A stretch of 64,000 bases of DNA, from assembly GCA_963810095.1 (NCBI GenBank), contig CAWEMM010000009.1:416001-480000 (forward strand). The letters are read 5' to 3'. A program made the translations under genes and the position numbers. Every line of letters starts with the position of its first letter. Within the stretch, counting starts at the first letter, position 1. Under the pieces are notes generated by a model. It searched no databases. It saw nothing but the letters and a program-made list of their open reading frames with translations, and had not been told where the DNA came from. Below are positions 57,292 to 64,000 of this stretch, piece after piece. Origin of the DNA: an uncultured Chloroflexia bacterium. GTDB lineage: Bacteria; Chloroflexota; Anaerolineae; CG2-30-64-16.

Positions 57292-57413
57292 CGTCGCGAG
57301 TGTGAGTAGCGTGGCTGACGAGCACCGCTCGCCGCACGAGGAAGACGGGCCAGGGGACTGCTGGCTTTCGGGTGCTGTGTTGGCGTCCCCTGTCCCTCCC
57401 CCGCTGTCTGCAC

Positions 57414-58163
57414 TTACCGCTTTGGCTTCGGATACATCTGGCCGATGAACTGCTTGTCGGTGTCAGACAGGCGGGTGTTCCAACCAATCGTGAAGCCGCC
57501 GGTCGTGATCTCGGGCGGCACGGGGTACTCCATGATGGACGTCGGATCGAACTTCGTGAATTGGGTCAGGAGCTTGTTGTAGCGTCCAAAGACTTGCGCG
57601 TCCACCTCGGCCCGGCTCCAGCCGTTCGTCTTGCCGTAGTAGTCGTAAGCCTTCTCCTTGTCCCACGGAATGCCGGCGTCCGGGCTTTGATGCTCGTGGA
57701 TGCACCCAAGCGCATGGCCGAACTCGTGGAGCACCACCCGGCTGTATTCCTGGTCCTCGGTTTCGGGCGTTAACCAGCCGTAGTTCATCGTCGGCTTGTC
57801 CTGGTGGAACCACTGGACGAGGTTGCCGACGCCGAGAAGCGACCACGATCCTGCATTAGGGGTGAAGGCGACTCGGATGACGGCCGGGCCTTCGTCAACG
57901 AACTTGAAGGTGATGTTAGCGAACTCTTCCCATTGGTGGGCGTACTTCTCGACACGGTCCCGCACCGTCTTGTCGCCGCCCAGGAAACGTGCGGTGAGGA
58001 CGCTGCCATTGAGCCAACGGCTCGAAACTGCCAACTCGCCTTCGCCGGGGTCCTCCACCAGGCCCAGTGAGACTGCAACCTGGCTGGCTTGTTGCCGCTC
58101 ATTGAGGGTCAGGTCCTTGTCCAGACAGATTTTGATGACCTTGTTTTCCTCTGTAGCCTGCAT
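57414..58163 (-). CDS. Astacin-like (M12A) zinc metalloprotease
   Basis: GSWSLLG, TMNYGW, HEFGHALGCIHEHQSP, Met-turn SIMEY; GGAGG RBS before ATG 58163. Confidence 0.9.
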   Translation of the reverse strand: MQATEENKVIKICLDKDLTLNERQQASQVAVSLGLVEDPGEGELAVSSRWLNGSVLTARFLGGDKTVRDRVEKYAHQWEEFANITFKFVDEGPAVIRVAFTPNAGSWSLLGVGNLVQWFHQDKPTMNYGWLTPETEDQEYSRVVLHEFGHALGCIHEHQSPDAGIPWDKEKAYDYYGKTNGWSRAEVDAQVFGRYNKLLTQFTKFDPTSIMEYPVPPEITTGGFTIGWNTRLSDTDKQFIGQMYPKPKR

Positions 58164-58579
58164 AGTGCGCCTCCTGCATATTTGAACGGTGCTTGTGCCT
58201 ATTTTACGCCTGGATTTTCTACTGTCAATGGCGTTGTTAATGAAGAAACCAGGCACTACGGGTGGGTAGATGCCTGGTTCCTCCGGACCGGACGCCAGCA
58301 AAAAGCGGGGAAAGGTCGATTCTTACGGCACGGTCATGCGTAGGCTCGCATCCGTGCCAACTATCCAAGCGCGTTATTGCACTCGCAACGTAGTTGCACT
58401 CACTCTACAGGCGGGGACCCTTGCCGCGCTTCGGCGGGCCGTGCCCGCCTCCACGCCGAACTGCACTATCCGTCCGATCCGGCTCCATCATCGCGCGGAC
58501 TGATTAAGCCGAAGTGAACGGCACGCCTGGACGATTATGACAGGTCTTTAATCGTTCATCCCCACTCGCCGCGGGGCCG

Positions 58580-58768
58580 TTATTTCTGACCGAACATGCC
58601 GCCTAGGCCGCTCAGGTCGGTCTTGCCCGACACGACGCCGTCGACCTGCGACGCCAACTGCGGCGGCAGCTTCTGCTTGACGAAGTCGAGCACGGTCGCC
58701 ACCGCGGCCTGCGCCTGCTGCTCGGTGATGCCGGCCTTCTGCGAAACGAGTTTCACCAATTCGTCCAT
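58580..58768 (-). CDS. Small helical protein (DUF2267-like)
   Basis: GGAGG RBS; MDELVKLVSQKAGITEQQAQAAVATVLDFVKQKLP. Confidence 0.75.
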   Translation of the reverse strand: MDELVKLVSQKAGITEQQAQAAVATVLDFVKQKLPPQLASQVDGVVSGKTDLSGLGGMFGQK

Positions 58769-58899
58769 CGATAGCCTCCTGATGCTGAATGCCGCCCCAT
58801 AGGGCAGCCGGGGCACAGTATCGCGCTACCGGGCCCCCGAGGTTGTGGCGATTCTTACTCTATTTGCACCTCGGGATGCGCAAGCGTATCATCCGCTGT

Positions 58900-59871
58900 G
58901 TGGACGCACCTGTCATCACCGCCAATCAGCTTACCCGGCGTTTCAAGCGCCGTGCAGCCGTCGACGGGCTCGATCTTGCCGTCCGGCGCGGCGAGGTGTT
59001 CGGATTGATTGGGCCCGACGGCGCGGGAAAGACGACGGCGATCCGCCTGTTGGCGGCCGTGATGCGGCCCACGGCGGGGAGCGCGCATGTGATGGGTTAC
59101 GACACGAGGCGCGATGCCGAGCGGGTGCGCAGCAGCGTCGGGTATATGCCCCAGAAGTTCAGCCTTTACGGCGACCTGACGGTGAGCGAAAACCTGGCTT
59201 TCTTCGCCGACATCTTTGGGGTGCGCGGCCGCGAGCGCAAGGAGCGGATCGACCGGCTGCTCTCGTTTGCCCGGCTGGCCGAGTTTACGGGCCGGCGCGC
59301 CGCCGCGCTATCGGGCGGCATGCAGAAGAAGCTCGCGCTGGCGTGTACGCTCGTGCACGCGCCGCCCGTCATCTTCCTGGACGAGCCGACGACCGGCGTC
59401 GATCCGATCAGCCGGCGCGAGTTCTGGGACATCCTGGCCGACCTCCATGCGCAGGGCGTGACCTTGTTCATCAGCACGCCCTACATGGACGAGGCCGAAC
59501 GGTGCAGCCGGGTGGGGTTGATGTACGAAGGCCGGCTCATCGAGTGCAACACGCCCGCGGCGTTGCGCGCTTCGGTGCCGGGCGAGTTGATCGCCGTCTC
59601 GACCTCCCAGGTGATGCCGGCCCAGGATGCGGTGCTGGCTGCGAACCTGCCGCAAGTGCTGGAGCTGCAGGTGTACGGCGACCAGTTGCACGTCTTCGTG
59701 AACGACGCGACATCGGCAGAAATCCGGCTCCGCGCAGTCCTCGCCGCGGCCGGCATCCCGGTTGCCGACGTTCGGCGGGCGCAACCGAGGGTGGAAGAGG
59801 CCTTCATCTCGCTCATTCGTAAGCAAGCAGGGGCAGGCGCCCAACCCGCGCCGAAGGAGAGCGAGGGGTGA
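58900..59871 (+). CDS. ABC-2 type ATP-binding protein (start approximate)
   Basis: GPDGAGKTT, GYMPQKFSLY, LSGGMQKK, LDEPTTGVDP, STPYMDEAERC. Confidence 0.92.
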   Translation: MDAPVITANQLTRRFKRRAAVDGLDLAVRRGEVFGLIGPDGAGKTTAIRLLAAVMRPTAGSAHVMGYDTRRDAERVRSSVGYMPQKFSLYGDLTVSENLAFFADIFGVRGRERKERIDRLLSFARLAEFTGRRAAALSGGMQKKLALACTLVHAPPVIFLDEPTTGVDPISRREFWDILADLHAQGVTLFISTPYMDEAERCSRVGLMYEGRLIECNTPAALRASVPGELIAVSTSQVMPAQDAVLAANLPQVLELQVYGDQLHVFVNDATSAEIRLRAVLAAAGIPVADVRRAQPRVEEAFISLIRKQAGAGAQPAPKESEG

Positions 59872-59974
59872 AACAGGACGCGGACGGCGGAGATACTTCG
59901 CGGGTCCCTGCGGCCTTGATGACCACTCTCCAGCTGCAGCACCTGCGTCTCGTCGTCATGGGATGTGAAAGGCA

Positions 59975-60899
59975 GTGGTGGAAACAGAAGCAATTCGCAC
60001 CGAGCAGTTGACGAAAAAGTTCGAGCGTTTCACCGCCGTGGACGGCATCAGCTTCACCGTCCCGCGCGGCACGATCTTCGGGTTTCTGGGTCCCAACGGC
60101 TCGGGGAAGACGACGACCATCCGGATGCTGCTCGGCCTGCTCAAGCCGACCTCGGGCGTGGCCCGCGTGCTGGGCTATGACTGCGCGCGGCAGACGCAGG
60201 AGATCCGGCGGCGGGCCGGGTACATGTCGCAGCGCTTCAGCCTGTACAACGACTTCACGGTGGGTGAGAACCTCCGGTTCTACGCGGGCGCGTACGGGGT
60301 GGGCCGCACGCGCTTCGCGCAGCGCAAGGCCTACGTGCTCGAAATGGCCGGGCTGCACGGACGTGAGCGCGAGCTGGCCGGGAACCTGTCGGGGGGCTGG
60401 AAACAGCGGCTCGCACTGGGTGTCGCCATCCTCCACGAGCCGCAGATCGTGATCCTCGACGAGCCCACCGCCGGCGTCGACCCGGTGTCGCGACGCCAGT
60501 TCTGGGAACTGCTTTATGGGCTGGCACGCGACGGGACGACCATCTTTGTCACCACCCATTACATGGATGAGGCCGAGCAGTGCCGGGCGCTGGCGTTCAT
60601 CCATCGCGGCAAGCTCATCGCAGAGGGCAGCCCGGCCGAGATCAAGGCCGGGCAGATGCGCGGGCAGGTGCTGGAGATCGTCTGTGAGCCGACGGACGTG
60701 GCGCTGCCCGTGCTCAAGGGCATGGGCGTTTTTGACGAGGTTGCCTTATACGGCGCGACAATTCATGTCGTGGCCGAGCGGGTTGTCAGAGCGGATTCCC
60801 GCGATCCGCGCAGCGCTCTCGGAGGCAGGCGTGAACGTGGGTAACATGCTGGTGATTCCGCCGAGCCTGGAAGACGTTTTCATCTCGCGGATCCGCTAG
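59975..60899 (+). CDS. ABC-2 type ATP-binding protein 2 (+1 frameshift near 60788)
   Basis: GPNGSGKTT, LSGGWKQR, DEPTAGVDP, TTHYMDEAE; C-terminal PSLEDVFI in the next frame. Confidence 0.9.
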
Positions 60900-60924
60900 A
60901 TTTGTAGGTTCAGGGTGATGGTCA

Positions 60925-63595
60925 ATGCGTAGGTGGACTCGGATTGTGGCGCGGTGCTCGTCGTCGTGGTCGCGGCGGCGCTCGTGGGCGCCGCGGGCGT
61001 ACTTCTGGCGCGCCCCGCTGAATTGACTGGGGCAGGGCCGCGTGGGCGCGGAGTGACTGCTGCACCGGCCCCGGCGAGCGTGACCGGACCCCTGATTGCT
61101 TCCGGCGTCGTCGAGGCCCAGGCGCTTGACGTCGCCGCGCCGGTCTCCGGCCGGATTCGGTCCGTGCAAGTGTCGGAGGGCGAACGGGTCGTCGCGGGCC
61201 AACCCATCGCGCGGCTGGATACGGCGCTGCTCGAAGCGCAGATCGAGGCGGCCTCGGCTGCCGTGGAGGTCGCGCAGGCCCAGGTGGCCCAAGTGCGCGC
61301 CGGGCCGCGGGAAGCGGACCTGGAGGTCGCGCGTGGCGGCGGTGGGCCAGGCGCGGGCAGCAGAAGCTGCAGCACGCACCGCGGCGCAAGATGCCCGGAC
61401 GCTGGTCGGCGCGCCGGCCATCATCGACGCGCAAATTGCCCGGGCCGAGACGGATTTGCAGGTGGCCGCGGAACGGGCGAACGCGGCTGCGGCCGGGGCG
61501 ACCGCGGCCGATCTCGAACAGCAGCTCTGGGGGCGCATCGTGCAGCGCCTCGAAGCCGGGGCGGACGTGCCCTTGCCGCCTCAGCTCGGGGGCGGGACGA
61601 AGCACGTGGACGCGCCGGCCGACAAACTGGCCGAAGCACGCCTGCAGTGGAACCTGAAGAGCCAGGCTGCGTGGCAGGCCCACGCGCAGCAGGCGACGGC
61701 TGTGGCGGCGCAGAGTGCCGCCCGGCAAGCGCTCGCCGATCTCCGCACTCAGAAGGCCGATCCCGTGTTGCTGGAGGGGCAGGCGCGGACAGCAGAGGCC
61801 GCGGCGCCGGTGGCTGCGGCTGCGGTCGAGAGCGCGAGCGCAAGCCTCGAGCTGCTCCGGGCCGGGGCGCAGCCCGAGCAAATCGCGGTCGCCGAGGCTG
61901 CGGTGGGCCGCGCCGAGGCGAGCCGGCAGGTTCTCGCGGCGAAGCTTCCGCAGTACGCGGTGCTGGCGCCGCGCGACGGTGTGGTGAGCGAGCTGGTGCT
62001 GCACGCGGGTGAAGTCGCCGCCGCCGGCGCACCGATTGCCCGCCTGGAGCAGAGCGGGGCCGCCATGCTGACCGTCTACGTGCCCGAGCCGCGCATGGCC
62101 GCGGTGCTCGTCGGCGCGCCCGTCGCAGTGGCAGTCGACGCGTTTCCCGGGCGGACGTTTGGTGGGACGGTGACCTCGATCGCCGGAGAGGCCGAATTCA
62201 GCCCGAAGAACGTGCAGACGCGGGAAGAACGGGGCAGCACCGTTTTCGCCGTGAAGATTTCTGTCCCGAATGACGACGCGGCGCTGAAGGCCGGGATGCC
62301 AGCCGACGCATTCTTCTGCCCGGGCGACACGGCGTGTGAGTATCCGTTTGCCGCGCTCGCGGAGACGCAGCAGAGCCAGGTTGCCGACTTCATCGCCCGC
62401 GTGCTTCCTGCGACCCACGGCTGCGCCGGCCGCGCTCGCCCGACCTGCCGGGTCCGGCTATGCCGGCGCGTTGGAGGCGACCGAAGTGCGCGTGGCGGCC
62501 GAAGTCGGCGGGCGAGCTGTGGCGGTCGAGGCCGCGGAGGGCGACAGCGTAGAGCTTGGCCAGCTGTTGGTGACGATCGAAGGCGAGGAACTCGCCGCCC
62601 AGGCTGCGGAGGCCGAGACTGCGGTTGCGGCGGCGAAGGCGGACTTGGCCCGTGTCGCAGCGCGGCCTCAGGCCGAGCGGGTAGCCCAAGCCGAGGCTGC
62701 AGTCACGCAGGCCGAGGCCGTCGTGGGGGCTGCGAAGGCGCGGCTCGAGGCCGCCCAGGCGCAGCGCGAGCGGCCGCAAGATCTTGACAGCCAGATAAAC
62801 AACGCCCGCCAGCAGATCGCGGCGGCGACGGCAGCAGTCGATGCGGCGAAAGCCCAGCTTAAGTCGGCCCAGGTGCTGCAGGAAAGCCTCCCCAATCCTG
62901 GATCGGACGAGGACAAGACGCGCCGGGCGATTTACGACGCGCAGGTGGCCGCTGCAACGGCAGACGTGCGCGCCGCAGAAGCACAGCAGATCGGCGCACA
63001 GAAGGTCCTGGCGCGGCTGTCTGCCATCCGTGCGAACCCGGTGGCGCTTGACGCGGTGGTGCACCGGGCCGAGGGCGACGTGGCGACGGCCCAGGCGGCT
63101 GTGGCGGTTGCGCAGGCGGTGGCGGTGCAAGCGACGGCCGGTCCACCCGAGGAGGCCATGCTGACAGGCCGGGCGCGGGTGGCGCAGGCCGAGGCCGGGC
63201 GAAGGGCGGTCATGGTGGCGCTGGAAAAGCTGAAAGTGACAAGCCCCATCGCCGGGCAGGTCACGGCTCAGGGGATACACGCGGGCGAGGTAATCAGCCC
63301 GGGCGCGCCCCTATTCACCGTTGCAAACCTCGGACGCCTGAGGCTGCTCGTCTATGTGCCGGTGACGGAGATTGGCACGGTGCGGGTCGGTCAGCCCGCG
63401 ACCGTGGCGGTCGATGCGTATCCGGGGCGGGCGTTTCCGGCCACGGTCACCCGCATCGCGGAGCAGGTCGAGTTCACGCCCAAGAATGTCCAGACCGCAG
63501 AAGAGCGCGCCAAGATGGTGATCCCGGTGGAACTGACGCTGGACAACCGTGACGGCGCGCTGAGGCCGGGCATGGGTGCCGAGGCGCGTTGGTAG
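60925..63595 (+). CDS. HlyD/YbhG-type membrane-fusion protein, apparently two MFP modules in tandem (frameshifts near 60951, 61333 and 62415)
   Basis: Two complete sets: ASGVVEA..VSGRI..EGERV..AEFSPKNVQTREER..LKAGMPAD and AGALEA..VGGR..EGDSV..VEFTPKNVQTAEER..LRPGMGAEA. Confidence 0.78.
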
Positions 63596-63621
63596 TAACC
63601 GGGCCCGCCTGGGCCGGTTTC

Positions 63622-63688
63622 ACCACAAAGACGCCAAGACGACACTAAGGCCCACGAAGTCAGCTTTGTGTCTTTGAGTCTTTGTGGT
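63622..63688. repeat. Short-period hairpin element, ACCACAAAG family
   Basis: ACCACAAAGACGCCAAGAC...CTTTGTGTCTTTGAGTCTTTGTGGT. Confidence 0.7.
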
Positions 63689-63707
63689 CTGCCAACTCGC
63701 CTGGGCT

Positions 63708-64000
63708 CTACTCCAGCCGGCGGGTTGCCGTCCGGATGGCGACCGTCCCCACCACCAGGCCGATGGCCAGCAGGCTGAGGGCCTGGGGCCATAGAATGTC
63801 GAGCCCGGCGCCTTTGAGCATGATGCCGCGGATCACGACCAGGTAATGCTGCAGCGGCGAAGCCTGCGCGAGCGTCGCAAAGACGGGCGGCATGTTCTTG
63901 ACCGGCGCCAGGTAGCCGCTGAGCGCGATGTCCAGCATCGCGAGCACGAACACGTAGAGCACGGCTTGCTGCTGGGTGCGCGCAAAGCTCGACAGGATGA
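63708..64000 (-). CDS. ABC-2 permease (YbhR/YbhS-like), 3' end only
   Basis: SSFARTQQQA, LSGYLAPVKNMP, PLQHYLVVIRGIMLKGAGLDILW. Confidence 0.88.
   Translation of the reverse strand, partial: ILSSFARTQQQAVLYVFVLAMLDIALSGYLAPVKNMPPVFATLAQASPLQHYLVVIRGIMLKGAGLDILWPQALSLLAIGLVVGTVAIRTATRRLE

Noticed and set aside
1-64000. rRNA, tRNA, transposase, integrase or prophage genes
   Set aside because: None recognised by inspection; an Infernal/tRNAscan run would be needed to exclude small RNAs

Overview
GC-rich bacterial window; gene content and Pro/Ala/Thr-linker lipoproteins suggest Chloroflexota (Anaerolineae-like), which is an inference. 1-22.2 kb is housekeeping: M29 aminopeptidase, YgfZ, methyltransferase, coaBC, CoA-transferase, P1 peptidase, a PhoB/PhoR-like pair with phoU and pstSCAB1B2, an ABC exporter, a CPBP protease, a CnoX-like thioredoxin and GNATs. 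22.3-47.4 kb is one co-oriented ~25 kb sugar-catabolism locus built around bacterial microcompartment (BMC) shell genes (2 BMC-H, 1 CcmP-type BMC-T, 1 BMC-P). Its cargo is atypical: a fused AcoAB-like ThDP E1 plus E2, a UlaD/HPS-family enzyme with an extra Cys-containing domain, glycerol dehydrogenase, a PanB paralogue with a remodelled active site, an SDR, a sugar ABC importer with an internally duplicated binding protein, a UroD-like TIM barrel, UlaE, an FGGY kinase, AraL/AraM-like enzymes, a SorC regulator and a lactonase. It has no aldehyde dehydrogenase, phosphotransacylase or known signature lyase, and is the best candidate for an undescribed system. 47.4-64 kb holds ABC exporters, a TPR-CHAT protease, an MFS transporter, two zinc metalloproteases and an ABC/tandem-HlyD system. 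Several families of short palindromic elements occur throughout, some inserted in-frame in genes. About 17 single-base frameshifts, all consistent with +1 insertions, are probably sequencing errors. All family assignments come from motif recognition; no database searches were run.
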